From NCBI GenBank assembly GCA_964016885.1, contig OZ024747.1, forward strand, positions 56,420,001-56,484,000: a stretch of 64,000 nucleotides of DNA. The letters are read 5' to 3'. Each line of letters begins with the position of its first letter. The first letter of the stretch is position 1. A program made the translations under genes and the position numbers. The notes under the pieces were generated by a model that was given only the letters and a program-made list of their open reading frames with translations, had not been told where the DNA came from and made no database searches. Origin of the DNA: Eledone cirrhosa (taxonomy: Eukaryota). Below, piece by piece: positions 38,601 to 52,424 of this stretch.

Positions 38601-39017
38601 CACACACATATATATACATATATATATGAGTGTGTGTGTATGTGTGTGCGTGTGTGTGTGAGTGTATGTGTGTGTTTTGATGATTGATTTGCTGTATTCT
38701 GCTAATCTGTATCACTGAAAAAGATTCCAATTTCTACTCACACTCCATTTGTTCAATTAGTTGATAAGCAGCTAAGTTGTTTCAAACTTATCCAAATATT
38801 CCACATCATCCCACCCCTCACCTAACCCACCCACCTCTCACCTAACCCACCCACAGCTCACGTAACGCACCCACCTCTCACCTAACCCACCATCATGCAC
38901 CATGATGGTGATGTTGCTGGTAGAGATGATAATGGTGATGATACTCTTGTCAGAGGGCGGAGAACACCTTTAATGGTTTGGAGCAAATCACCTGACTATG
39001 ATCCTTGTCTTCCTCAT

Positions 39018-40870
39018 CACAACCACCACTACCACAACCACCACTAATACAACCACCACTACTACAACCACCACAACCACCACTACCACAACCACCACTA
39101 CCACAACCACCACTAATACAACCACCACTACTACAACCACCACAACCACCACTACCACAACCACCACTACCACAACCACCACTACTACAACCACCACAAC
39201 CACGACTACCACAACCACCACTACCACAACCCCCACTACTACAACCACCACTACCACAACCACCACTACCACTACCACAACCACCACTACCACAACCACC
39301 ACTACCACAATCACCACTGCCACAACCACCACTACCACAACCACCACTACCACAAACACCACTACCACAACCACCACTACCACAACCACCACTACTACCA
39401 CAACCACTACTACCACAACCACAACCACCTCTACCACAACCACCACTACCACAACCACCACTACCACCACTACCACAACCACCACTACCACAACCACCAC
39501 AACCACCACTACCACAACCACTACTACCACAACCACAACCACCAACAACAACCACCACCACCAACATCAACCACCAACACAACTACCACCAACACAACCA
39601 CCACTACGACAGCCACCACCAACATCAACCACCAACAACAACCACCACCACCAACATAACAACTACCACCAACAACAACCACCACCACCAACATCAACCA
39701 CCAACAACAACCACCACCAACCTCAACCACCAACAACAACCACCACCAACCTCAACCACCAACAACAACCACCACCAACCTCAACCACCAACAACCACCA
39801 CCACCAACATCAACCACCAACAACAACCACCACCAACATCAACCACCAACAACAACCACCACCAACCTCAACCACCAACAACAACCACCACCACCAACAT
39901 CAACCACCAACACAACAACTACCAGCAACACAACCACCACTACGACAGCCACTACTAACATCAACCACCAACAACAACCACCACCACCAACATCAACCAC
40001 CAACAACAACCACCACCACCAACATCATCCACCAACAACAACCACCACCACCAACATCAACCACCAACAACAACCACCACCACCAACAACAACCACCAAC
40101 ACAACAACTACCAGCAACACAACCACCACTACGACAGCCACCAACAACAACAACCACCAACAACAACAACCACCAACATCAACCACCAACAACAACCACC
40201 ACCACCAACATCAACCACCAACAACAACCACCACCACCAACATCAACCACCAACAACAACCACCAACACAACAACTACCAGCAACACAACCACCACTACG
40301 ACAGCCACCAACAACAACAACCACCAACAACAACAACCACCAACATCAACCACCAACAACAACCACCACCACCAACATCAACCACCAACAACAACCACCA
40401 CCACCAACATCAACCACCAACAACAACCACCACCACCAACAACAACCACCAACACAACAACTACCAGCAACACAACCACCACTACGACAGCCACCAACAA
40501 CAACAACCACCAACAACAACAACCACCAACATCAACCACCAACAACAACCACCACCACCAACATCAACCACCAACAACAACCACCACCACCAACATCAAC
40601 TACCAACAACAACCACCACCACCAACAACAACCACCAACACAACAACTACCAGCAACACAACCACCACTACGACAGCCACCAACAACAACAACCACCAAC
40701 AACAACAACCACCAACATCAACCACCAACAACAACCACCACCACCAACATCAACCACCAACAACAACCACCACCACCAACATCAACCACCAACAACAACC
40801 ACCACCACCAACAACAACCACCAACACAACAACTACCAGCAACACAACCACCACTACGACAGCCACCACA
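39018..40870. repeat. (ACC/ACT/AAC)n compound array with higher-order blocks
   Basis: Block marked by ccagcaacacaaccaccactacgacagcc recurs, ~186-bp period in the distal part. Confidence 0.95.
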
Positions 40871-41346
40871 AACATCTCAATATCGATATTAACAGCGTCC
40901 ACAACAATCACCCACCACCTCCTTAGCCAGCTCTCATCTAAGGTCGACCAAAATAGCAGATTACAATGTTATTTTGGAGACAAAGAGCTCTTCAGGTGTC
41001 ATGCTTCATAAAGAAAATCTACTAGTAGACAAATGAGAAGATTCCTTACTTAATTCCTCTGGTTAGGTAACCAAAATCTCAATTGCTAATGGACCACCAA
41101 AAGTGGCCCTATCATGTTCACTTTGGTAATATTGAAAATGAAGAATTATCTATTATGTATAGAGGTGGGGAAGTAGAGAGGTGTTAGTTGGGGAGAGTTG
41201 ATAATCAGAGTTACCGTTATTTACAGAAAGTTCTTTGTTTTCACATTAAATATAGTTTTAGGATGTATTATGTTGCATTAGATGACTATAACAGTGTTGT
41301 TTATAGATGAAGTTATGTATATATTAAACTCTCTCTCCCTCTCTTG

Positions 41347-41386
<40 letters not shown>

Positions 41387-41435
41387 CATGTGTGTGTGTA
41401 TATATATATATGTTTATGTATGTATGTATATGTAA

Positions 41436-41472
<37 letters not shown>

Positions 41473-41537
41473 CATATATATACATATATATATATACACA
41501 TATATATGTATGTATATATATATGTGTATGTATGTGT

Positions 41538-41582
<45 letters not shown>

Positions 41583-41606
41583 CACATATATATATAAATA
41601 TACATG

Positions 41607-42120
41607 ATGGCTGCTCCCTCGTTATCGAGTATGGCCATTGCATGATATACCATTATTAATTATTCTTAATTAATAATGGTATAGGGCGGTGGATTGGCAG
41701 TATCGGTAGAGGGTCGGACGCCATGCTTTGCAGCATAGAGTTACCCCCCTTTATGGTCCGAGTTCGAATCCCGCCGAGGTTAACTTTGCCTTTCATCCTT
41801 ACGGGGTCGATAGAATAAAGTACCAGTAATGCACTGGGATAATTGCTGGCCTTGTTCCAAAAGTAGAAACAATTAATTATTCTTAATTAATTCTATCATG
41901 CAATGCCTGTGCGTGAAGATATGTTTAAAGTGAGGAAAGACTCTGCACTGAGCCAATCCCACTCTCTGAGCAACAGTAGCTATAACCCGAAAAGAAGAAA
42001 AGATCAACATCATTGGTAACTACTGAGCTGCAGGTTTTATATCGGAGTTATCCCAGTTTCCTGAGTTGCCTTCTCCTAGAAGAATGCCCTGACAAAGGCT
42101 AGGGGTCCTTCACTCCCAGT
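41607..42120. mobile_element. Family D repeat interrupted by a family M SINE
   Basis: Homology to 37874-38283 on both sides of the SINE. Confidence 0.55.
41684..41872 (+). mobile_element. Young full-length family M SINE, 20-bp TSD
   Basis: A box TGGCAGTATCGG, B box GTTCGAATC; attaattattcttaattaat at 41655-41674 and 41872-41891. Confidence 0.95.
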
Positions 42121-42839
42121 GGTTTAACCGTGCGATCGGGTGTCCAGCTTGACTATTTCTATCTCCCCGCGCATATACATACACATGCACCCATGTATAT
42201 ACACATATACATACATATGTACATGTGTATGTACATATTTACACACTTTTGGATGGCCGTTGACTCTTATGAATTCTTCTGTGCTTTGTCAGGTTTTGTT
42301 TTTTGCCCTGCAGGGTGTCTAAAATCAACCTCCTCACCAACACAGTTTTATATATATATTATATATATATATATATATACATTTAAGTTTGGTGGTTCAC
42401 CACTGGATAGAACTGAACTGGTCATTCCATATAGCCAACCTTGATGTAGTATTAGGAAAAGCACTCAACGTTATGCAACTCATCCATCTTTGATGTTGAA
42501 TCTTGTTGGTGGTGCGAGAATGGAGCTAATTATTGTTGAGTAAAATGATAGGAGGCTGGTCTGATGAAATTCCTTCAAAGATTTATTTCCACAAACACTG
42601 TACATTCCAGTGGCAAGGTTACGTAAAATCCTGGTGATATCATCAGGTATATATTGCACAATAGTTATATAATAAAGGAGTAATGTTAAGCACCATACAA
42701 AAGGTTATAAGAAGAGACAACAGGTAAAAAAACAGAAAAAAAAAAGAGAAAAATGTTTTTGACTCGAACATGATCAACAGGGTCAGTTGTCATTTTGGCT
42801 GACAACCTTTGATTCCTATATATATATTATAGTCCCTCT

Positions 42840-43125
42840 AGAAAGCTCTCCTCCAAGGTTCAAGCCTGTTTGAGGAAGATCAGCAACCTCCCATGCATAC
42901 CAGTCTCTCCACTCCCCACCACCAGTATTGTCCAAGGGAAATGCAATGACTGATACAGTTTGGCATCAGTAACGTCACAATTCATTTCTACAGCTGAGTA
43001 AACTGGAGCAACGTGAAATAAAGTTCTTGCTCAAAGACACAACAACACATCATCCAGTCCAAGAATCAAACTCACAACCTACCGATTGCAAGCCCAACAA
43101 TCCAACAACTAAGCCATGCACCTCC
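42840..43125 (-). mobile_element. Older CORE SINE with family C head but a different body
   Basis: catttctacagctgagtaaactggagcaacgtgaaataaag..aagccatgcacctcc; distal part unrelated to family C. Confidence 0.75.
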
Positions 43126-43171
43126 ATAAATATATATATATATATGTGAGTGCGTATACACATATATATTT

Positions 43172-43242
<71 letters not shown>

Positions 43243-43283
43243 TTTTTGGCTTGTATTGGCCGATAGTGCTTCTTATAGCTTTA

Positions 43284-43328
43284 ATTGCCCTGATGAGTCC
43301 TTAATAGGACGAAACATTGTTGGCTAAT
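43284..43328 (+). ncRNA. Canonical minimal type-I hammerhead ribozyme
   Basis: attGCC-CTGATGA-GTCCT taat AGGAC-GAAAC att GTT-GGCtaat; full core, G-C first stem II pair, GUU site, AATAAA at 43326. Confidence 0.85.
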
Positions 43329-43799
43329 AAAGACTTTTGATGTATTGAAGGCTTCTTTGGTTTATTTTCATAATTCTTCGGCTCTGTTTAATTACATTGA
43401 GCTATACCTTTACTGTCATTTCTATAATACGAAGAGGGTGTTTAACTCCAACACACTCTAGTATTTTAATTCTTATATATATATATATATATATATACGT
43501 GTATATATACACACACTCATGTAAATAAGACATGTGCACATACATACAGATAACACACACATACACATACATGCTCCTTGTCTTATTGCTTGTTTTCTGT
43601 GCAATTTCTAGGATAAATTTCCCAGTTGCTGGAGTATATTCTGGGTGTTAATATTCCAAAAGCTTGACATTCTTTGAAAGTCAACATCGAAAATAGATGG
43701 CTGATGACTGGATGTGTTTTATTCTGTCTCAGATTTGATTTACAGCATTTTCCAATTCTACAAATAAATTGTTTACTTAAACTTTTAATCTCTTCTAAT

Positions 43800-44352
43800 A
43801 ATAATAGTTTCTGATTTAATTGCAAAGTCAACAATTTTAGGGGAGAAGAAAGTCGGTCAAATTAACTGTAGTGCATTACTGGTACTTTATTTTATCAACC
43901 CTGTAAGAGTGAAAGGCACAGCTAACCTCTGCAGGATTTGAACACAGAATGTAAAGTGATGTAACTGTATGCTGCAATGCATGCTGTTCGATGCTTTACT
44001 CATACTTGTTTCTACTTTAGGCACAAGGCCAGCAATTACCCAGTGCATTACTGGTACTTTATTTTATCGACCCCGTAAGGATGAAAGGCAAAGTCAACCT
44101 CGGCGGGATTTGGCCAATCCATTTCTCTTAATAAAGATAATAATTATTATTTCTACTTTAGGCACAAGGCCAGTAATTTGAAGGAGAGCGTAAAGTTGAT
44201 TAAATCAACCCTAGTGGTTACTGGTGCTTTATTCCTCAACCCCATAAGGATGAAAGGCAAAGCTAACCTTGGAAGGATTTGAACTCAGAACGTAAAGGGA
44301 TGTAACTCTATGCCACAAAGCATGGTGTCCAATGCTCTACCAATACTGCCAA
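43800..44352 (-). mobile_element. Cluster of three family M SINE copies
   Basis: ~43800-44005 long form, 44006-44112 short truncated, ~44145-44352 long form. Confidence 0.85.
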
Positions 44353-44394
44353 TAATAATATGTAATATATGTAATATGTAATATATACATATAT

Positions 44395-44535
44395 GATGGA
44401 TTTCCTTACACTTTCAATCTACCAAATTCACTCACTAAGTAGTCAACCTGAAGCTATAATAGAAACATTCACCCAGGGTGCCACATGCCACAGAGTAGGA
44501 TAGAACCTAATTCTATGTGGCTGTAATGTAAACTT
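44395..44535 (-). mobile_element. Old degenerate tRNA SINE
   Basis: ctaccaaattcactcac..cacccagggtgccac..cttcttaatcacagagccatg; relative at ~24350-24500. Confidence 0.55.
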
Positions 44536-45032
44536 CTTAATCACAGAGCCATGTTAAGCATACAATTGTGTGTATCAGCAATAGACTGTTGTGTCTTCAC
44601 AGCCAAATGGAGTGTACCATTGTGATAAAGATATTCACAGGATATGATTTGTTGACACTTCAGCTGGTTGCATGTTACAATTTCAGCTTAGTAATATGTA
44701 AATCTTTGTGAATGTGGGCATACATAAATACATAAAACATCAAACAAACGATGGAGCAAGTCAATGCCACTATAGAGAAGAAATACCATATAATAGCCAC
44801 TAATATCTATTTGAAGAATGGAAAAAATATCCTAATGTCACCACAAGAATACATTCTACCTGGTAAATTATGAAAGCAAAATAAAACCTGATAGATCTAT
44901 TGGCTGTAAACAACCACAAGTTTAAAACACAGCATGTCCCCACAAAAAATAGAAAATGTCAACATGAATATCATGACCAACTACTGAATGCTTTTTGGTA
45001 TGAATCTTGAAGTAATAGAACAATGGTAAAAA

Positions 45033-45102
<70 letters not shown>

Positions 45103-47087
45103 ATAAGGTAGAGCCATGAAAACATGCGTTCAGTGAATAAATATCTTTTTATATTATCTAATGATTCTGACTACTTCTGAACAGGGGAATTAAATGCTAG
45201 CTCTTTCTGTATCTGAAGGAAACATGTAAATCAATTGAATAATGTATTAATGTATTGAACCATGGTTATTTATTTATTCATATATATATATATATATACT
45301 TCGTTTTTGTATTTGCTTTGCAAGAGTTTTTATCAGAAAATGAGTGTTGAAACAGGTATTGTTATACTTTTGGGAAGGCCATGCTTCCAAATAAAAAATC
45401 ACATGCAAATGTTAGATTTCTCTTCAATTTATTACTATAATTTCCCAGTCGGTTAGTTTAGTTTAATAACCAACCAGATACTTGTTTAGTTGTTGGTTGT
45501 CATCAAAGCTCTTTTGTCACACATTGTAATGACCTCCTCAGTGACTACTTTTATTGTTATTTTGTGTCTCTCCTTTTTTCTGTCCTACACCATCGTGTTT
45601 TTCTTAGCTATGTACTTGGGATTTGAATGCGTTTTCTCTAGGTTTGTGTTTGTGTGTGTGCTTGTGTGTATGTGTTTGTGTGTGTTTTTATTTTTTCTTA
45701 ACGTATTTATTTGTTTATTTATTCATATGTTTATTTACTTGTTGGTTACTTGTTCTATCTGTGTTTGTCTGGTTTGTTTTATTAGTTTAGTTCTTGTGTG
45801 TCTTTGTATGTCTTTGTCTTGTCCTTGATTACTACATTGTGAGGTTGTTGCTATTCCACTCATGTTTCTCAAGAGCCAGAATAAATGCCCCATGCTTCCC
45901 CTCTGGGGTTCTAGCAATGCTGTAAATCAACTGGTAATTTATAATTATCAAACCAGAAAGGATGAGAAGCAAAGCTAACATTGATGAGATTTGAACTCAG
46001 AATGTAAAGTTTTACAAGGCATGTTATTCAACATTCTAACATTATTGCTTGTTTAAAGCTTTGGTAGGTTTTGAACTCAGAACAGAAAGAGTAGAATGAA
46101 AGGCTAGAATGAAATAGCACAAATCATTTGACGAATATCCTAAAGATTTTGTTAATGTTCCGCCCTTTAAAATTAAATCAAATCAAATTCACTCCACTCC
46201 TGGTTTGTGATGTTTATAACCAATTATTTGCATTCTTCCACAATAGATACAACGCATTTCATGGAATGGTAAAAAATAAAAATAAAATATAAACTCATAA
46301 ATTTTGTCAAATATAAAATAAATAAATTGTAAAAATAAAAACAGCCTAAAAGAAATAAAACAAAAAATATATACAAACAGACAAACCAAACTATAATTCT
46401 TCAGCTTCAATTCTCAATCACATCACGCCCCTCTTTGCTAACGCCAACAAAATTGCAGAACAAAAGACACCTCCTTCCTCCAATGCTGCATTTAAATGGA
46501 GGAAACCATTTTTGTGGCAGCTTAAAAAACTGAAATTTCAGCTCATGTATTTTCATTTGTTAATGCTGCTAGCAAAAAATTTAAAAATTCCACCATCCCT
46601 ACTTCCACCACCAACCTTTCTCTCCTCTGCTGGCACCACTAACATTACAATACCAACTCCATCAGTTCTTCATTCCAACATTGGCTGTCTAGAAGAATTT
46701 CAACCAATCAGGCATAAGATCTACTGATAATCTCATTTGCTAAAAATATATTTCATTTTTATATTTTATTATTAAATTTCATTGTTATTATTATCATTAT
46801 TTTTTGTGTATTTATTTAAATTTATTGAATTATTTATTCTAATATATTGATTTATTTATTTTAGATTTTTCTACTTTTATTTCTGCTACAGCATTAATGT
46901 ATTTCATATTATTTTATTGTTAAAATATATTTATATATTGTTGCTTGTTTTTCACTTCATTATTTTCTCTTGTTTGGTGATGAACATATATGTATATATG
47001 TATACACATATGTAGACATACTATATATATGTGTGTGTGTGTGTGTGCATGAGCATGAATATACATATGCATATGTACACATATACA

Positions 47088-47188
<101 letters not shown>

Positions 47189-47245
47189 ATATATTCATGT
47201 ATATTGTATATGCGCCATTGTCACTTGTAATTCATAAATATATAT

Positions 47246-47280
<35 letters not shown>

Positions 47281-47689
47281 CCATTCACACACATATGTAA
47301 TGAGATAGATCTGGAGAGAGAGAGAGAGGTAGAGGGGAGGGGTGTGTGTATTTAGTTTTTCTTTATCTTTACTTTTTTCTTAGAATTTTTTCAATAACTT
47401 TCTTTTAAGTTTATCTCCCTCACACCACCATTGCCAGCCACCCCCTACAACACACAGACAGACAAACAGGCAGACAGACTGACAGACAGACAGACACACT
47501 TCTCTAGTTCCTGTTAAAAACTGCCCATTTATCACTTTCTAAACCAATGAGAGCTCACATTAAATTGGTGGTAAAAATAAATTTAAAGTGAGAAAAGAAA
47601 AATACACACACACACACTCACGTTTGCATACTCACATACACACCTACGCCCATATAAACGTGCACACATACTTTCTCTCCCTCTCTTTA

Positions 47690-47731
<42 letters not shown>

Positions 47732-48629
47732 TATATTTGCTGCCATACTTATATACACATATAAAATATAAAATATAAAGTGATGACAAAATTATGATCA
47801 AACCCACCACCACAACTTGCGTGAATATCACACCACATTGAGCACTAACACCTACACTGCAACAACCACCACCATCACTACCACCAACAACACCACCACC
47901 ACCACCACCACCTCCACTACCTTCATAACCAGCATCAATAGCACACCACAATGAACACTAACACCCACACTACAACCACCACCACCACAGCAAGCTCTAT
48001 TATCACTACACCACTGTGAATAAGCACTACAACCACCACCTTAGCACTAACGCCAGCACCTTCACTACAACCATCAAACCACTACCACCACCACCACCAC
48101 CACCACCATCACCACAAAGACAGAACCACTATAGTTAACACCTACACAAATATTACCCCCATGACAACCACATGTAGCATCACTACCACTGCCCTAACAA
48201 CACAAACACTATTACCACTAGCACCACCACCACCACCACCACCACCACAAATAGCATCACTACCACCAGCCTAACAACACAACCACCAACTACATAAATA
48301 TCCCCACGACCGCAACCACCTCCACCAACACCCACCACCACCACCACCATCACCACAACCACATCCACCACCACCACCCACCACCACCACCACCACCACC
48401 ACCACCACCACCACCACTGCCACCAGCAGTAATTCTACTTATGATTGCTTTATTTTCAAAAAAGTAAGGATAGAATAAAATAAAATAGCCACAAAACAAC
48501 AACAACAACAACAACAACAACAAAACAATTATAACAATAAAATAAAATAACAGTTTCTTACTTTGGCATAAGGCCACAAATAATGATAACAACCACAACA
48601 ACAACAACAATAATGATAACAACAATAAC

Positions 48630-48674
<45 letters not shown>

Positions 48675-49318
48675 TATTTTATTTTTATTAGACTGAAAGA
48701 AGAAAAAAAACTCTTAAATTACCAGAAAAAATAACAACAACAATAACAACAACAATAATAAGGCAACAATAACAACAGTAACAAAAGCAACAATAACAAC
48801 AACAACAACAACCACAACAACATCAGCAGCAGCAATAACAACATCAAGTTCGGTTCCAGTAAAGGCAATGGAAATAAATCAATGAAAATTTATTGAAAAA
48901 TAAGAAAAATAAGAGAAAAACAGCGTTGAAAAATTCCTTGTGGCAATATAAACAGCATAGCATGCCTTCCTCTCCACTTACCTTCAGCTTCCCTTACTGG
49001 AACAGAAATTCTTTAAAACAGACCGGGAAATATAGGGTTTGGGAAATAGGAGAAGATTAAGAAAAAGGGGGAAAAATAGAATTTATGTATGTGTGAGTAT
49101 GTGTATGTATGTATGTCATGTATGTATGTACGTATGTATGTATGCATGTCATGTATTTATATATATATATATTTATGGATGTATAATATATATATATGGA
49201 TGTTTATATACACATATATGTATAGAGTGCATATATTCTGTGTATATATATATATTATATATATATATAATATATAATATATATATATATATATTATATA
49301 TTATTTATATATATAGAA

Positions 49319-49351
<33 letters not shown>

Positions 49352-49427
49352 TATATATATATATATAGAAACATATATATATATATATTATATTATATAT
49401 ATTATATTATATATATATATATATAGA

Positions 49428-49487
<60 letters not shown>

Positions 49488-49652
49488 ATAGAAACATATA
49501 TATATATATATATATATATGCATATATACAGATGTATCTGTATATATATAAATGTTTCCAAGAATGCTTCATCGTTAGCTTTTGCATGTTGCTACTTTTT
49601 CAAATTTTATTACTGCAGAATATACATGCATACATCCATCCACACGCACAAA

Positions 49653-49702
<50 letters not shown>

Positions 49703-49778
49703 CGAAGGAGTTGTGGTAAGGAACCAGATGGACCATAACGCACCAGAGTACTCAATACTTAGGGTAGTAGAGTGGGTA

Positions 49779-49930
49779 ATAGGAAAATGTATGATCATGA
49801 CGGCAGTGCTCATGCCGTTTCGATGGCTATTTCTGGACTAAATTAGAATTTTTAGCGTGGTAAATAAATAGCCCCAGTCTATTTATTTACCACACTAAAA
49901 ATTCTAATTAGGGATCATACATTTTCCTAT
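49779..49930. repeat. Nested fold-back containing half a hammerhead
   Basis: 18-bp outer arms (49779-49796 / 49913-49930), 31-bp inner arms (49841-49871 / 49879-49909); minus strand CGAAACGGCA..TGCCGTC. Confidence 0.85.
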
Positions 49931-49985
49931 ATATATATATATATCAAGTAAGAATATTTTCGAAACAGCGAGTGGGTTTGAAATT

Positions 49986-50215
49986 ATTAGAAATGTAAGC
50001 TATCGCCGTATTTTGACTAAAGAAATTAAAGAAATTATTTAGCCTGATAGTGGGGTTAAGAACCCTTGGAGAAATGGAAAAAGATGTGTATTGACGTACA
50101 TGGGAGTCAATACTCATCTTTTTCCATTTCTCCGAGGGTTCTTAACCCCACTATCAGGCTAAATAATTTCTTTAATTTCTTTAGTCAAAACATGGCGATA
50201 ACTTACATTTCTAAT
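49986..50215. repeat. Inverted repeat, 110-bp arms, 10-nt loop
   Basis: 49986-50095 pairs with 50106-50215 with few mismatches; right end runs into (TA)n. Confidence 0.95.
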
Positions 50216-51104
50216 ATATATATATATATATATATTTACATGTGTGTGTGTGTGGATATTATATATATAATAGTAATTTTCTGTCCCCTTTTCTTGGATG
50301 CCTATTTACTGACCAAATCAGTACTTTATCAGAGCTACTGTTGTTCTGGACAAGCCAGAGGCCTCTTTAGTATGGTTTCTACAGAGAGATGCCTTTTCTA
50401 TTAACAACTACTTTTAAGACTGTACTGGGTGCATTTTATAATGGCGCCCACACTAGAGAGGTTAACATGACATCCCTATACTTACGTACATTGTCTCCAT
50501 TTGAACATAAATCACTTTATAGATTGTAAAGGGGTCCTTTCTACCCAGCTAAATCCTTAAAGATGGATGTGTATGCGTATGTAGCTGTTCTGCTCTTGAC
50601 TAGTTGCAAGCACCTAAGTGTACCTCAGGATATGGCACTGCTGTGGATTGTTCCTTTAACTGCATATCTATCTGGTGTTAGAAATTTATTAGAAGAAGAA
50701 CCCTTTATGTAGTCAGTCACCTGCTACAAATAACAACCAAATGTCCTTCAGAACACACTTTGCCGTCATAAAAAAGGAAAGGACATATTAGGTAATGTAG
50801 TCCTATGATATTTTTCAAAGACTGGATGGTCACTGTCAGAATAGCTTTGAACATCAGCCTGCTCCCTCAAAACTGTCCTGGGGCTAAATGGTGAAATCAG
50901 CAGTATCACATCTTGTAGAAAACTAGATGTGCTTGTAACCAGATACAGTAACTGGGTGCTTTCCAGTACTGGGCTAACTTGGCAGGGAGCCTTGGAATAA
51001 CAGTAGTTATGTCTTGACATTAAGCAAACAGTTCTCCACAGCCTTGAGGCTGAGATCACAAAGACAAGAGTTAAGGTTATATAACATGATGTAGTGGTCA
51101 GATT

Positions 51105-51307
51105 CAAGCCTTTACAATTATATTTTCACGGTAAAGGCTTTACCTCATAATTATCTCACTTAATATTGAATCTATGAGATTTTGATGTTATTTATGTTGA
51201 GAACAATACCTTAACATCAGTATGAGCAGCCTGTCACAGCCAGTTTGAACAGAAAGAAGTGAAAGAATTCTGGCCAGATACAGCCAGTTTAAATGCTAAA
51301 GGGATAA
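51105..51307. mobile_element. TTAA MITE copy, degenerate left end
   Basis: ggtaaaggcttt..gagaacaataccttaac..gtttaaatgctaaaggg. Confidence 0.75.
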
Positions 51308-51911
51308 GGTGGTTTTCAACAGACTAGATTTCAAATAGTTTCCTGCGGTTGTCATTAGTTCTATCTCTTTCACAGCAAAGACAGTGATGTGGAGAAATTA
51401 ATATACTAAACAATGCTAGAAACTTCTTCATTTCACAGGTGCAAGTACCTTCAGCAATGTGAATCACAAATCTTGAATATTAGGAGTTCTTATGAGAATC
51501 TTTAAGACCTGATACATAGTACAGTGATCCGGGAACTCTGAGAACTAAGAAAAAGTTCATAAATATCTGAGCCTCCACTCCCACAATATAAATGACTCAA
51601 TCTCCTTAAATTTTGAAAAGAATCCTACATTCTACAGGTGCTCAAAAAGATTTTGTTCGTGGTTGCAAGTTATTTTTTGGAGGTCCTGGGGATCTTCATC
51701 ATTCCAGCACTCAGGGAATCACCAATCATGAAATACTGCTTCATCTGTAGTTTCCTCATTAGTGAGGACACATGGTATGCAATGCTGGATTCAACTTTAA
51801 GCCAAATACTTATATGTTTAGATTTATCAAGGTAAGAGGAATACAATTATATTCAAATTAAATATAATTATCATTTAAAAAAATTGTTTTTGTAAACTTA
51901 TTGTAAATATA

Positions 51912-52415
51912 TTGAGAGATCACAGCTCCGAAACTATGGGCTTGTGGTTAGAATGACTCAGGACAGAATAGTTGGATAGATTTTACAGGCAAAAACCAAC
52001 TGGCAAGATGGTTGGATGACATCCATGTGGTTGTCTGGTCTAGCTTGGGGATCCAGCCGGATTAAGTGGAGACAGTTACTTCTGACAGGACCCGCTGGAA
52101 GGCGTCTTTGAGGACTCTACCCCCACGACCCTCTCAGGAATAAGTGGGCAAAGAAGAAGAAGAAGAAGAAGAAGAAGAAGAAGAAGGAAAGGAAGACAAA
52201 GAAGAAGAAGAAAAGGAAGAAAAAGGAGGAGGAGGAGGAGGAGGAGGATAAAAGAAGAAGAAGGAAAATATGAGGAAGAAGAAGAAAAAGAAGAAGGAAG
52301 AAAAGGAAGAGGAGGGAGAGGTGGAGGAGGAGAAGTAGAAGGAGAAGGGAGAGGGGGGTTAGTAGTGGAGTAGGAGGAGGAGGTAGAGGAAGAGGAAGAA
52401 GAAAAAGAAGAAGAA
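51912..52415 (+). mobile_element. Expander/Rex3-like RTE 3' end with (GAA)n tail expanded into a purine tract
   Basis: IERSQLRNYGLVVRMTQDRI..AKTN..RWLDDI; tail from ~52150. Confidence 0.82.
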
Positions 52416-52424
52416 ACTATATAT

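Noticed and set aside
38950-40926. Mucin-like poly-Thr, Pro/Gln or Gly/Cys keratin-like ORFs
   Set aside because: Several frames on both strands are open, as expected for ACC/AAC repeats.
45110-45145. gaaaacatgcgttcagtgaataaa as the 3' half of a hammerhead
   Set aside because: No upstream core strand; too short to support.
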